Positions 36,898-47,203 of a DNA stretch of 58,641 nucleotides are shown piece after piece. The position numbers were made by a program, and so were the translations under genes. Below the pieces are notes generated by a model. That model worked only from the letters and a program-made list of their open reading frames with translations. It had not been told where the DNA came from and did not search any database. The DNA comes from a virus. Taxonomy: Duplodnaviria > Caudoviricetes. The stretch spans positions 1 to 58,641 of the IMG/VR virus record IMGVR_UViG_3300032303_000399, one strand, 5' to 3'. The first letter of the stretch is position 1; each line of letters starts with the position of its first letter.

Positions 36898-37303
36898 ACG
36901 TTTTCTTGAACTGGCAGAACATGTAGCGCAATGGTCAAAAGACCCTCGGACTAAAGTAGGCGCTGTAATTGTCGATGAAAAGAAGAGAGTAGTTTCTGTT
37001 GGCTATAATGGCTTTCCTAGGGGCGTATTTGATTCTGATGAACGATACGAAGATCGCGATACTAAACTATTATTCGTTGCGCATGCTGAACGTAATGCTC
37101 TGGATAATGCCCCTTTACAGGTAGATGGATGTACTATGTACGTACCTCTTCTTCCATGCAACGAATGCGCAAAATCTATCATTCAGAAGGGTATTACCCG
37201 CGTAGTAACATATAATCCAACACGCGACGGTTCTATGTTTAATTGGGATGTAACAATAAAAATGTTTAAAGAATCTGGTGTAATTCTTGATCTTTTGGAT
37301 TAA
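36884..37303 (+). CDS. cd: dCMP deaminase
   Basis: SKDP.TKVGA, GYNG, HAERNA and PCNEC. Confidence 0.93.
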   Translation: MNWDKRFLELAEHVAQWSKDPRTKVGAVIVDEKKRVVSVGYNGFPRGVFDSDERYEDRDTKLLFVAHAERNALDNAPLQVDGCTMYVPLLPCNECAKSIIQKGITRVVTYNPTRDGSMFNWDVTIKMFKESGVILDLLD

Positions 37304-37319
37304 AGACACATATATAGTA

Positions 37320-37373
37320 TGTCACGCCTAATGGGTGACACATTTTAACCTCGCTTAATAGGAGCATGAAACT
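37320..37373 (+). ncRNA. ROSE-like RNA thermometer in the hsp20 5' UTR
   Basis: Hairpin TGTCACGCC-TAAT-GGGTGACA, then CTCGCT pairing with the AGGAG Shine-Dalgarno with a bulged G. Confidence 0.6.
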
Positions 37374-37913
37374 ATGTCGTACCTTTATGACCCACGTACA
37401 ATCTATAAAGATTTTGATCGTTTCTTTGTTGGTTTCGAACCACTTGTAAAAAGAATTGCAGCTGCATCAGAGCAAACACTAAAAGCCGCATCAAACTACC
37501 CTCCATATAATATCAAGAAGATTGATGAACATAAGTACATCATCGAACTAGCTGTTGCTGGCTTCGCAAGACAAGATATTGATATTGAATTAGCCGATAG
37601 TAAATTGACTATTAAGGGCAATACACACGCTGGCGAACCTGCTGAACAAGATTCTAACGGTGAATGGACATGGCCTGAAGTAATCTATCAGGGTCTAGCT
37701 CAGCGCCCGTTTACACGCACATTTAATCTCGCAGATAATGTTGAGATCCGTGGTGCTTCTCTTCTGAATGGTATTCTTAAGATTAGTCTCGAAGCTGTTA
37801 TTCCTGAGCATAAGAAGCCTAGGAAAATTGAGATCCAAGACGAAGAAGAGAAATCTGCTACTCCTTCGACTGCAGAACCCCAAGCAGAAACAAAAAGGAA
37901 AGCTAATGACTAA
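37374..37913 (+). CDS. Small heat-shock protein (Hsp20/IbpA-like)
   Basis: YPPYNI, ELAVAGF, GLAQRPFTRTF.LAD, NGIL and IPEHKKPRKIEI. Confidence 0.95.
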   Translation: MSYLYDPRTIYKDFDRFFVGFEPLVKRIAAASEQTLKAASNYPPYNIKKIDEHKYIIELAVAGFARQDIDIELADSKLTIKGNTHAGEPAEQDSNGEWTWPEVIYQGLAQRPFTRTFNLADNVEIRGASLLNGILKISLEAVIPEHKKPRKIEIQDEEEKSATPSTAEPQAETKRKAND

Positions 37914-37999
37914 GTTTATTGTCCCGGTATCACGGGCGGCTGTAGGATTGATTGCGATTTCGTTTATCGGAATTTTCTGCAGCTTGATGCTGTTTTAAT

Positions 38000-38377
38000 A
38001 TGAAAAGGTATCTCTGGTCCACGCTCGGCATGCTTTCCTTAGGAATGGCTTATGTTGGTATTGTGGTACCGGGGATACCTTTCTCTATATTTCTTGTATT
38101 TGCAGCGTATTGCTTTTCGAAATCATCGAAGCGTATGCACGACTGGTTATATAATCACAAGTACTTCGGTCCCTTCCTTACGAATTGGACAGAGCATAGA
38201 ATATTCCCGCTGAAAATGAAATATATGATGTTAGCTATGATGTCTTCATCTCTAGCTATTTTGTGGTTTACAACTTATAATTGGAAAGCGGTAATAGGAT
38301 CGGGTATCACCATGGCTATCGTAGCGATATGGGCCTGGCGATACCCGTCCACAATTGAAGAAGCTAAAAAACGTTAG
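38000..38377 (+). CDS. YbaN/DUF454-like membrane protein
   Basis: GIVVPGIP..FL..AAYCFSKSS.R.HDWL..HKYFGP. Confidence 0.85.
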   Translation: MKRYLWSTLGMLSLGMAYVGIVVPGIPFSIFLVFAAYCFSKSSKRMHDWLYNHKYFGPFLTNWTEHRIFPLKMKYMMLAMMSSSLAILWFTTYNWKAVIGSGITMAIVAIWAWRYPSTIEEAKKR

Positions 38378-39549
38378 CCCCAGTTAGCGTATTGTTTGGT
38401 CTTCTTAAGTCTATCATCTAGACCATGTGTACCACCATTAACACGCTTTGTAATCTGCGTGATTACTGCATCGGTAACACCTTTATCAGCAACTGCTAAT
38501 AGTCCATTCTTACGGAAGAACCATAGTGCAGACTCAAATGCCAGTTCACCACATACAATATCTGGATTCGTTAGCACATCGGGACGACCTATGTCCTTGG
38601 AGAACGCAGTATAGTTATCCTTCCCGGTTAGCTGAATTGGGCCACGACCTCTATATGTCCAACCGTCCCCAGAGCTTTCCGGTCCATTACCCATGCGACT
38701 GGCATAAACCTTGTTAGCAATCTTCTCTGGCTTGCGAGCATAGCCTGCTGTCGAAGCAATCGTTGGGAAGTACTTCTTGAAGATGCCATTCAGGCCCTTA
38801 TCCGAGTAGTTCAGGTTCTCAGAAAAGACCTTAAAGTTACCTGATTCATGCGCGCACTGTCCGAAGAAGTGAGCAGCCTGATTATTGGTTAACTTAAAGA
38901 AGTCTCTTGCTGCTTTATAAGTACCGGGCCCCCATTTACCATCAGCGGCAAGACCGCATTTACTTTGGAGTTGAGCTAATGGATTCGAACCTGAAGCAGC
39001 TTTGGGAGTTGCTGCAGCTGTTGGTGTGCTGGCTGCTGGTCGAGCTGCTGTGGCAGATGCGCCAGGCAGTGTTGAAGGGTCGAAATCGGCTACTGGAGTA
39101 TATGAGGTTCCGCCGGCCTTAGACTTCGTAGCGATCAGACGCTGCTTGCGGTTACCGCCTTCCTTCTTGATCGAGGCGTGTACCCAACCAGAGTTCTTGT
39201 CACCGGCTGCATAGAACTCAAGGATAACCTGATCGAACTCTAGATTATCAGCGACCCAGTCAGCGACTGTCTTATTGTCAACGCCTTTGACTTCGAAGTC
39301 GATTGCTTGACCATTAACGTGCTGTGAAGTCTTCGAACCTCCAACTGCCTTGTTAACAGCAGGAGCGCGATAAGAAGAGTTAATAGTTACAGGACCAAAT
39401 TTGGCACGGACCGGTTCTAGGATCTTCTCACAGCAGTAACGCATATTTTCAATGTGCTCTGGTGTAGGAGTGTTCGATAGCCCTAGTTTCTTGGCTGTAG
39501 GAGATACTGTCATCTCTTCAAGATTAAAATGTTCAGTTAGTTTTGTCAT
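38374..39549 (-). CDS. Dual-catalytic endolysin: M15A peptidase + linker/PG-binding + GH19
   Basis: SSYR..N..VGG..SQH..GQAID and WVH; Ala/Thr/Pro linker; ADGKWGPGT; HESGNF..ENL, YRGRGPIQLTG and ITKRVNGG. Confidence 0.9.
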   Translation of the reverse strand: MTKLTEHFNLEEMTVSPTAKKLGLSNTPTPEHIENMRYCCEKILEPVRAKFGPVTINSSYRAPAVNKAVGGSKTSQHVNGQAIDFEVKGVDNKTVADWVADNLEFDQVILEFYAAGDKNSGWVHASIKKEGGNRKQRLIATKSKAGGTSYTPVADFDPSTLPGASATAARPAASTPTAAATPKAASGSNPLAQLQSKCGLAADGKWGPGTYKAARDFFKLTNNQAAHFFGQCAHESGNFKVFSENLNYSDKGLNGIFKKYFPTIASTAGYARKPEKIANKVYASRMGNGPESSGDGWTYRGRGPIQLTGKDNYTAFSKDIGRPDVLTNPDIVCGELAFESALWFFRKNGLLAVADKGVTDAVITQITKRVNGGTHGLDDRLKKTKQYANWG

Positions 39550-39561
39550 TGTCTATACCTC

Positions 39562-40014
39562 TTAGAATGGACCGTGATCTTCGTCAGAGTCGTGATACTT
39601 GTTGATAAGTTCTAACTCTTTCGCTTCATTGTCGATCTCGATAGAATGTGCTTTGGCTTCTTCTGTACGAGCTTCGGCGAGCTTGACATAGTCGGTCTTG
39701 CCTAGTTCCTGAACTTTAACGTTCGGATCAAACTCCGCAGTCTTCATACCCATCATTGTTGCAAATGCACCAACAAAGGCACCAACAATAGTTGAGAATG
39801 CAGGTCCGATAATTTTAAAGATTTCGTTGTTGTCGATGATGGTGTTTGGAACAAATAGTCCGACCATCATAGTAAAGACAACAGCAACCATGATTAGACC
39901 GAGAACAAATGCAGCCATTTTCATGATAGTTAATTGGATCTTACCCTTTGCGAGCTCTAGATCCTGAAGAGACGTAATCGACTCTTCTTTAGTGATAAAG
40001 GATAGTATACTCAT
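39562..40014 (-). CDS. Two-TM membrane protein upstream of the endolysin (holin candidate)
   Basis: Two hydrophobic helices; AAGGAG RBS; co-oriented with the lysin; AATAAATA late-like site at 40102-40109 on the minus strand. Confidence 0.55.
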   Translation of the reverse strand: MSILSFITKEESITSLQDLELAKGKIQLTIMKMAAFVLGLIMVAVVFTMMVGLFVPNTIIDNNEIFKIIGPAFSTIVGAFVGAFATMMGMKTAEFDPNVKVQELGKTDYVKLAEARTEEAKAHSIEIDNEAKELELINKYHDSDEDHGPF

Positions 40015-40111
40015 AATATGCTCCTTGGATGGATTATTGTGTTGACTTCACGTAGGGAACAGTATATAGTTGTTAAATAGTTGTAATTGTATCAACAAAG
40101 GTATTTATTGA

Positions 40112-42652
40112 ATGAAGTTTTACACGAATATTGCAGTTGCAAAAAACAAGATTCTAGTTCGTGGTTATGAAAACGGTAAACACTTTGCATTAAAAGAGGT
40201 ATATAAACCATACCTCTTTATCCCTACCTCTACAGATAGCAAGTATAAGAATCTAGCTGGGGAAACACTTGGGCGTATGGACTTCGACTCTATGTCCGAA
40301 GCCAGAGATTTTATTTCTAAGTACAAAGAGGTAGACAACATGACCATTTATGGCATGACAAACTACCAGTACACATACATCTACGACAACTATAAGGGGA
40401 TGATCGATTACGATCCATCACATATCTCTGTTGTTGGTATTGATATTGAAACTGATATGCTAAAGTCCCGTGGCTTTCCAGACATACAACAAGCAGAAAA
40501 TGAAATTACTCTTATTACAATCAGTCGACGTGGTAAGAAAGTTACATTTGGATGTGGAGAGTTTGATAATAAAGATCCGGAGAACGTAACCTATTACAAC
40601 TGTACAGACGAGATAGCATTATTGCGATCGTTCTTAGACATGTGGAACTCTGTAGAGTTCTCGCCGGACATTGTAACGGGGTGGAACGTTGAGTTCTTCG
40701 ACGTGCCATATCTTGTTAATAGAATTACTCGTGTGCTCGGTGAAAGCTACGCTAAGAAACTATCTCCCTGGGGGTACCTAACTACTACACAGATCGAGCT
40801 TCGTGGACAGATGAATACAGTATATACGCCTGTAGGTATTACTGTACTGGATTACATGCAGCTATACAAGAAGTTTGCTTTTAAGCAACAGGAGCGATAC
40901 ACACTAGACCATATCTGTTCTGAAGAACTAGGCGAGAAGAAGGTGGACTACGGAGAGTACGGCAATCTGGCAGGTCTGCAACGTAATAACTGGCAGAAAT
41001 ACGTAGAATACAATATTCGAGATGTAGAACTCGTAGATATGCTAGACGATAAGCTAAAACTAATCGAACTTGTTTTATCTGTTGCCTACGATGCTAAGGT
41101 AAACTATTCGGACGCATTTGCTACGGTACGACCCTGGGATGTTCTTATTCATAACTATCTATTGGATAGAAACATTGCTGTACCACAAGCAGAGTTCTCT
41201 GGTAATGATGCTGATAGTATCATGGGTGGCTATGTTAAAGAAGTACAGGCTGGTATGCACAACTGGGTTGTATCTCTTGACTTGAACTCACTATACCCGC
41301 ATATTATTATGCAATATAATATCTCTCCAGAAATGTATCGTGGAAAATACCCAGACGAGTTTACTATTGATAATCTGTTGGAAGGTTATTTGGATAATCC
41401 AGAGCACAGAAAGGTTCTAGTAGATAATAACTATGCAACAACTGCAAACAGATGCATGTTCGATCAGAGTAAGGATGGTTTCTTATCGACACTTATGGAA
41501 AAGATGTATGTAGATCGTACAGTCTATAAGAAGAAGATGATTGAATGTAAGAAAGAGTACGAAGCATTGGAGAACAAGAAGTCTCCAGAGGGAGTACAAC
41601 TAATCAAGGATATCGCACGTTATGATAACTTGCAGATGGCAAAAAAGATTCAGTTGAACTCAGGTTATGGAGCTCTGGCTAATAAGTACTTCCGGTGGTA
41701 TGAGAATGATTTTGCCGAGGCTATTACCTCTTCGGGTCAGCTAACTACTCGCTGGATCGAAAACAAACTTAATCTGTATCTAAATAAATTGCTTAAGACT
41801 ACTGACTTTGATTATGTTATTGCATGTGATACAGACTCTGTGTATCTTACCTTAGATGCACTAGTAAAGAAAGTCTATGGAACAGAACAACAAGATAAAA
41901 AGAAGATTGTTGAGTTCTTAGACGGTGTATGTGTACAGAAGCTAGAACCTTATATCGATAAGTGTTACGAAGAACTTCGTGTGTATATGAACGCTGCTAA
42001 GCAGAAGATGAAGATGAAGCGCGAGGCGATTGCGGACAAGGGCATCTGGACTGCAAAGAAACGGTACATCTTAAACATGTACAATCTGGAAGGTGTTGCT
42101 TACGACAAGCCAAAGCTCAAGATGATGGGCATCGAGGCTATTCGTACAAGCACACCAGCTGTTGTACGCGATGCAATTAAACACGCACTAACTGTTATTA
42201 TGAATGAGAACGAGGAAAGCCTACAGGATTATGTATGTGACTTCCGTAATCAGTTTGAAAATATGCCGTTCGATCAAGTAGCGTTTCCACGTGGTGTTAA
42301 AGAACTAGAGAAATGGGCTGATAACTCTTCTGTTTATAAGAAGGGTACTCCTATTGCAGTTAAGGGCGCTCTAATTTATAACCATGCACTAAGACAGCGT
42401 AAGCTAGAGACTAAGTATGAAACTATCGAGAGCGGCAATAAGATTAAGTTCTCTTATCTACTCACACCGAACCCACTACAGTGTTCTGTTATTTCGGCTG
42501 CCGGAGACATACCTGTAGAGTTTAATCTAGAGAAATATGTAGATAAGGGTATGCAATTCGAGAAGTCGTTCCTAGAACCAATGAACACTATTGTTAGTGC
42601 TATTGGGTGGGAATGTGAAAAAAGATCTTCTCTAGATAGTTTCTTCGGATAA
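40112..42652 (+). CDS. 43: DNA polymerase gp43 (family B)
   Basis: DIET exonuclease motif, DLNSLYP, KIQLNSGYG, DTDS and KKRY; TTGACT-N17-TATAGT at 40042-40070. Confidence 0.98.
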   Translation: MKFYTNIAVAKNKILVRGYENGKHFALKEVYKPYLFIPTSTDSKYKNLAGETLGRMDFDSMSEARDFISKYKEVDNMTIYGMTNYQYTYIYDNYKGMIDYDPSHISVVGIDIETDMLKSRGFPDIQQAENEITLITISRRGKKVTFGCGEFDNKDPENVTYYNCTDEIALLRSFLDMWNSVEFSPDIVTGWNVEFFDVPYLVNRITRVLGESYAKKLSPWGYLTTTQIELRGQMNTVYTPVGITVLDYMQLYKKFAFKQQERYTLDHICSEELGEKKVDYGEYGNLAGLQRNNWQKYVEYNIRDVELVDMLDDKLKLIELVLSVAYDAKVNYSDAFATVRPWDVLIHNYLLDRNIAVPQAEFSGNDADSIMGGYVKEVQAGMHNWVVSLDLNSLYPHIIMQYNISPEMYRGKYPDEFTIDNLLEGYLDNPEHRKVLVDNNYATTANRCMFDQSKDGFLSTLMEKMYVDRTVYKKKMIECKKEYEALENKKSPEGVQLIKDIARYDNLQMAKKIQLNSGYGALANKYFRWYENDFAEAITSSGQLTTRWIENKLNLYLNKLLKTTDFDYVIACDTDSVYLTLDALVKKVYGTEQQDKKKIVEFLDGVCVQKLEPYIDKCYEELRVYMNAAKQKMKMKREAIADKGIWTAKKRYILNMYNLEGVAYDKPKLKMMGIEAIRTSTPAVVRDAIKHALTVIMNENEESLQDYVCDFRNQFENMPFDQVAFPRGVKELEKWADNSSVYKKGTPIAVKGALIYNHALRQRKLETKYETIESGNKIKFSYLLTPNPLQCSVISAAGDIPVEFNLEKYVDKGMQFEKSFLEPMNTIVSAIGWECEKRSSLDSFFG

Positions 42653-42661
42653 GGAAATAAT

Positions 42662-42889
42662 ATGACAGAATTAGAACTAGACGACTTTGACTTCGGTTTT
42701 ACCTCTATGGCTGAAGAAGTTATTAAGCAAGATGGCAACGACAAGGTTCTTGCTATGTATAATGCTATTATGCCATTACTCAAGAACCTTGCAAAAGACG
42801 CAGACAAAAATGCTTATATACATTGGCCAGATCGAGCTAAGAAGATCGATCAGTTCATTACAAGACTAAACAAGATATTAAACAGTTGA
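42662..42889 (+). CDS. Conserved hypothetical protein
   Basis: DFDFGF, IMPLLKNL and YIHWPDR. Confidence 0.7.
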   Translation: MTELELDDFDFGFTSMAEEVIKQDGNDKVLAMYNAIMPLLKNLAKDADKNAYIHWPDRAKKIDQFITRLNKILNS

Positions 42890-42943
42890 CATATAACGTC
42901 AATTATATTATAGTGAACTATTAACAACAGAAGAGGAAGATAC

Positions 42944-44026
42944 ATGTCTCTGCTTGATAAACTAAAGAAGAATTCTACTATTAAAGAAACTGCCGTACTA
43001 TCTAACTCGAAGTTCTTTAATAAAAAAGATATGATTTCCACATCAGTTCCAGCAATTAACATTGCACTATCTGGACGACTTGACGGTGGTCTAACACCAG
43101 GTCTTACAATGTTTGCTGGTCCGTCTAAGCACTTTAAGACAGCGTTCTCGTTGATGTGTGCTAAGGCATATCTTGACAAGTATGAAGATGCAGTACTATT
43201 GTTTTATGACTCTGAGTTCGGTACTCCGCAGTCTTATTTTGACTCGTTTGGTATCTCTACAGACCGTGTACTACACACACCTATTACAGACATTGAACAG
43301 CTCAAGTTTGACTGCATGCAGCAGCTTAACCAGATCGAACGTGACGAACATGTTATTATTATTGTAGACTCGATTGGTAACTTGGCTTCTAAGAAAGAAG
43401 TCGAAGACGCACTGGATGGTAAGTCTGTTGCAGACATGAGTCGTGCAAAGCAACTGAAGTCGTTCTTCCGTATGGTAACTCCGCACCTTACAATGAAGGA
43501 CTTGCCTATGATCGTGGTTAACCATACCTACAAGGAAATTGCACTGTTTCCAAAGGATATCGTTGGCGGAGGTACCGGTTCTTATTACTCGGCAGACAAT
43601 ATCTTTATTATTGGACGTCAGCAAGAAAAGACTGGTACAGAAATTACTGGCTATAATTTTATTATCAACGTAGAGAAGTCGCGTTATGTACGAGAAAAAG
43701 CAAAGATCCCTGTTGAAGTATCTTTCACTGGCGGTATTAGTAAATGGTCTGGTCTATTGGACATTGCTCTTGAGTCGGGCCATGTAATTAAGCCATCGAA
43801 TGGTTGGTACTCTAAGGTTGATATGGAAACCGGTGAGATCGATGATAAGAAGTACCGTTACAACGATACACAGACCAAGGACTTCTGGCTTCCTATTCTT
43901 ACGTCTAAGACTTTCGCAGACTGGGTACAAAATCGTTATCAGGTAGCACATGGTTCTATTATTAAAGATGAAGATGATGTTGTAGATGTGTACGAAGCCA
44001 TCGAAGAAGGGAATGAACAAGAATGA
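42944..44026 (+). CDS. uvsX: RecA-like recombinase UvsX
   Basis: GPSKHFKT, YDSEFG, DSIGNLASKKE and VNHTY; TTGACA-N17-TATAGT at 42886-42914. Confidence 0.97.
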   Translation: MSLLDKLKKNSTIKETAVLSNSKFFNKKDMISTSVPAINIALSGRLDGGLTPGLTMFAGPSKHFKTAFSLMCAKAYLDKYEDAVLLFYDSEFGTPQSYFDSFGISTDRVLHTPITDIEQLKFDCMQQLNQIERDEHVIIIVDSIGNLASKKEVEDALDGKSVADMSRAKQLKSFFRMVTPHLTMKDLPMIVVNHTYKEIALFPKDIVGGGTGSYYSADNIFIIGRQQEKTGTEITGYNFIINVEKSRYVREKAKIPVEVSFTGGISKWSGLLDIALESGHVIKPSNGWYSKVDMETGEIDDKKYRYNDTQTKDFWLPILTSKTFADWVQNRYQVAHGSIIKDEDDVVDVYEAIEEGNEQE

Positions 44027-45402
44027 GTTTAGAAAAGGCTATATTTAATAACCTATTAAACAACGAAACGTATGGCCGTAAGGTTATTCCTTTTCTTAAT
44101 GTAGAATACTTCCAAGATCGTAACGATAAGGTTATTTTTGAACTTATCGAGCGCTATGTAACATCATACAATGCTTTCCCTACAAAGGAAGCATTGATTG
44201 TGGATCTATCTAACTTAGATAAGATCTCTGACGATCAATTTAAAGAGTGTAAGGAACTGATCAGTGAAATACCTGATCAGTCCGACTCTATCACTAACAC
44301 AGAATGGTTGGTAGACAATACAGAAAAGTTTTGTCAAGACAAGGCTATCTATAATGCTATTAGAGAATCTATTAGAATTATGGATGACAAGACAGGTAAG
44401 ATGTCTACGGGCGCGATACCACAACTGTTGGCTGATGCACTTGCAGTGTCCTTCGATACATCTATCGGGCACGACTTCCTAGATGATGTAGAGTCTCGTT
44501 TCGAGTTTTACCATCGTAAGGAAGAGCGTATTCCGTTCGACTTGGATTATTTTAACAAGATTACTCGTGGAGGTATCCCTAACAAGACACTGAACATTAT
44601 CTTGGCAGGTACAGGTGTAGGTAAGTCGTTGGCTATGTGTCATATGGCTGCAGCAAACATGGTAGGTGGTAAGAATGTCCTGTACATCACTATGGAAATG
44701 GCAGAAGAAAAGATTGCAGAACGTATTGACGCGAACCTACTGAACGTACCACTAGACGAACTATACAACTTACCTAAAGAGTCTTATGACAAGAAGATCG
44801 CAAGGCTTAAAGAAAAGACTGTAGGTAAACTGATTGTTAAGGAGTATCCTACAGCTTGTGCAGGTTCGGCTAACTTTAGGCACCTGCTGAACGAACTGAA
44901 GATTAAAAAGAACTTTGTAGCAGACATTATCTATATCGACTATCTTAATATCTGCAACAGTTCCCGCCTGAAGCAAGGCTCTAACATCAACTCATATACC
45001 TATATTAAAGCGATTGCAGAGGAACTGAGAGGGTTGGCTGTAGAGTTTAATGTACCAATCGTTTCGGCTACACAGACGACACGTGGCGGTTATGATAACT
45101 CGGATGTTGGATTGACAGATACATCTGAGTCGTTCGGTCTGCCTGCTACTGCTGATTTGATGATTGCTCTTATCTCTACAGATGAACTTAAAGCACTTAA
45201 TCAGATTATGGTTAAGCAACTTAAGAATCGTTATGCAGATCCAGAAATGTATAAGAGATTTGTTATTGGGGTTGACAAATCTCGTATGAAGTTGTATGAT
45301 ACTGAACAAACTGCGCAGGACGACATTATGGACGATAGTCCCGTCTATGATAAAACTCCAGCAGGTAAGTTCGACAAAGATAAATTTTCGGGGTTTAAAT
45401 GA
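44023..45402 (+). CDS. 41: Replicative helicase gp41 (DnaB-like)
   Basis: AGTGVGKS, EMAEEKIAERID, DYLNI and SESFGLPATAD. Confidence 0.97.
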   Translation: MSLEKAIFNNLLNNETYGRKVIPFLNVEYFQDRNDKVIFELIERYVTSYNAFPTKEALIVDLSNLDKISDDQFKECKELISEIPDQSDSITNTEWLVDNTEKFCQDKAIYNAIRESIRIMDDKTGKMSTGAIPQLLADALAVSFDTSIGHDFLDDVESRFEFYHRKEERIPFDLDYFNKITRGGIPNKTLNIILAGTGVGKSLAMCHMAAANMVGGKNVLYITMEMAEEKIAERIDANLLNVPLDELYNLPKESYDKKIARLKEKTVGKLIVKEYPTACAGSANFRHLLNELKIKKNFVADIIYIDYLNICNSSRLKQGSNINSYTYIKAIAEELRGLAVEFNVPIVSATQTTRGGYDNSDVGLTDTSESFGLPATADLMIALISTDELKALNQIMVKQLKNRYADPEMYKRFVIGVDKSRMKLYDTEQTAQDDIMDDSPVYDKTPAGKFDKDKFSGFK

Positions 45403-45758
45403 TGATTGAAGAAGAAGTGATGTTCGAAACGATTAATCGTTCGGTGGAATCTTGGGGACCTCTAGCTAAGTGTAGCGAGGAAGTGTTTAATCAAATTATC
45501 AACAACCGCCGCGGATACACTAAGGATAAGATCAAGAAGATCAAGAAGCTTAAACCATACTATGTTACGTTCGAAAGACGTTCATACTCTGAATCTTTCG
45601 AGATCATGGCTGAGGATGACTATGACGTAGGTGTTAAGGCTCGTGCGTATTACAAAGAGAATGCCGATAAGATCGGCTTCAAGGAACAGCAACGTAGCAA
45701 TTGGGCTGACGGTTATGCTGGTTATGACAACATTCGCTACAGTAAGGTTCGCACATGA
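45399..45758 (+). CDS. Hypothetical protein
   Basis: Coupled ORF. Confidence 0.6.
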   Translation: MMIEEEVMFETINRSVESWGPLAKCSEEVFNQIINNRRGYTKDKIKKIKKLKPYYVTFERRSYSESFEIMAEDDYDVGVKARAYYKENADKIGFKEQQRSNWADGYAGYDNIRYSKVRT

Positions 45759-46165
45759 AGACGGTTGGAATCACGTTCAGCACTTTTGATCTCCTCCATG
45801 CTGGACACATTATGATGTTAGAAGAAGCCAAGTCGCAGTGTGACTGGCTCGTGATTGCATTGCAGTCTGATCCTACCGTTGATCGGCCAGAGAAGAACAA
45901 ACCCATTCAGACGATGTACGAACGATACATTCAGCTCAAGGGCTGTAAGTATGTAGACGAGATCGTCCCTTATACGACCGAAGAGGAAGTTAGGCTCATC
46001 CTTGAGTCTCGTCACTTCGATGTCAGAATTATCGGTGAAGACTATAAGAATAAAGACTTCACTGGTAAGGATATATGCGATGAACGTGGTATTCGCATAT
46101 ATTATAACTCCAGACAGCACCACCTGTCATCTTCTGAACTTCGTAAAAGGATTAAAGACAAATGA
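45755..46165 (+). CDS. Glycerol-3-phosphate cytidylyltransferase-like protein (TagD family)
   Basis: FDLLHAGH, ER, GEDY and SSSELR. Confidence 0.9.
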   Translation: MKTVGITFSTFDLLHAGHIMMLEEAKSQCDWLVIALQSDPTVDRPEKNKPIQTMYERYIQLKGCKYVDEIVPYTTEEEVRLILESRHFDVRIIGEDYKNKDFTGKDICDERGIRIYYNSRQHHLSSSELRKRIKDK

Positions 46166-46416
46166 TGAATTATAAACTCGTACAGACTGGTATTGCAGAT
46201 GTTCCTAACACTAATGGTGATTATGTAACACAGATCTATGATATTCTAGAAACAAAGACCAACCAAGTCGTTGCGTCAAGTGTTCCTGCATACCTCAACG
46301 AAGCTAAGAACGCATGCCGCTTTCTTAATATGGGTGGAGGGTTCGATGGCAATACCCCTTCATTCTTTCTAGAGAAAATTACACGCCCTATCATTTTTGA
46401 CGATAATAATGATTGA
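46162..46416 (+). CDS. Hypothetical protein
   Basis: LNMGGGFDGNTPSFF motif. Confidence 0.65.
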   Translation: MMNYKLVQTGIADVPNTNGDYVTQIYDILETKTNQVVASSVPAYLNEAKNACRFLNMGGGFDGNTPSFFLEKITRPIIFDDNND

Positions 46417-46466
46417 CCTTTTTTAAAAAGAAAGGTATAGTTAATTATAAGATGAGGAGAACGGAA
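46413..46466 (+). promoter_or_regulatory. Repeated early promoter-RBS cassette, copy 5 (A/B hybrid)
   Basis: TTGACC-N17-TATAGT-TAATTATAAGATGAGGAG. Confidence 0.8.
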
Positions 46467-46565
46467 ATGCAGGACGTACTCGACGAAACACTCTGGGAAG
46501 GTTATGAAGCCTGGTTGGATGAGCAGGCAGCACTCGCAGAGTATGAACGTACGGTAGAGATGTAA
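46467..46565 (+). CDS. 32-aa acidic early peptide
   Basis: MQDVLDETLWEGYEAWLDEQAALAEYERTVEM right after the cassette. Confidence 0.6.
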   Translation: MQDVLDETLWEGYEAWLDEQAALAEYERTVEM

Positions 46566-46585
46566 ATTCTAATAGGAGTTATACC

Positions 46586-46753
46586 ATGAAGGCTTTTGTT
46601 GCACGTAATCATAATGGTATCCTAGTCGCCTCTCACGTCGATCTGGGTAATCTTATGGAGGAAGCTCTCTTTTACAAAGAATCCACTGGCAATCAAATTA
46701 CGGTCAGTGAAGAAGAATTTGAAACCGCACCTAAACGTAACATTTATGGTTGA
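46586..46753 (+). CDS. Small hypothetical protein
   Basis: AGGAG RBS; MKAFVARNHNG... Confidence 0.65.
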   Translation: MKAFVARNHNGILVASHVDLGNLMEEALFYKESTGNQITVSEEEFETAPKRNIYG

Positions 46754-46809
46754 CCTTTTTTAAAAATAAGTCTATATTAAATTATAAGATGAAGAGAAGG
46801 AAGTTAGTG
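46750..46809 (+). promoter_or_regulatory. Repeated early promoter-RBS cassette, copy 6 (type B)
   Basis: Near-identical to copy 2. Confidence 0.85.
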
Positions 46810-47196
46810 ATGGGTATTTACGTTTATACACTCCGCAAGAATCCAATCGTTGCAATTAACGAACGCAGCCATAAGCCTATGGCAATCGGTGTTACTAAGT
46901 ATGCATATAAGCATTCTTCAGGATGGGATCGCCCTGAGTATAAGCGTACCACTTCGCGGCTTCATTCACTGGCTGAAAAAGCTCGTGATGCGAACCCTGA
47001 TCTGACTATGGTAGTTGTTGGCGATCCTAAGGAACATGATTTCGGACGCTACGGCCCGATGGCTGTTTATCAGGTCAAGGATAGCATGACCTACTTTTAC
47101 GATTCCAAGATTCCTGGTCATACAGTTGGCTATCTCCACAAGTCAGGTAAGTCGTACACGTTCCAAGAAAAGGTAGACGTTGCCTTGGCAGCGTAA
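46810..47196 (+). CDS. Early hypothetical protein
   Basis: ATG after the cassette. Confidence 0.72.
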   Translation: MGIYVYTLRKNPIVAINERSHKPMAIGVTKYAYKHSSGWDRPEYKRTTSRLHSLAEKARDANPDLTMVVVGDPKEHDFGRYGPMAVYQVKDSMTYFYDSKIPGHTVGYLHKSGKSYTFQEKVDVALAA

Positions 47197-47203
47197 ATAA
47201 CAG

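Noticed and set aside
40112-45402. Inteins or introns in gp43, uvsX or gp41
   Set aside because: Lengths are normal, motifs are contiguous, and no splice-junction pattern was seen.
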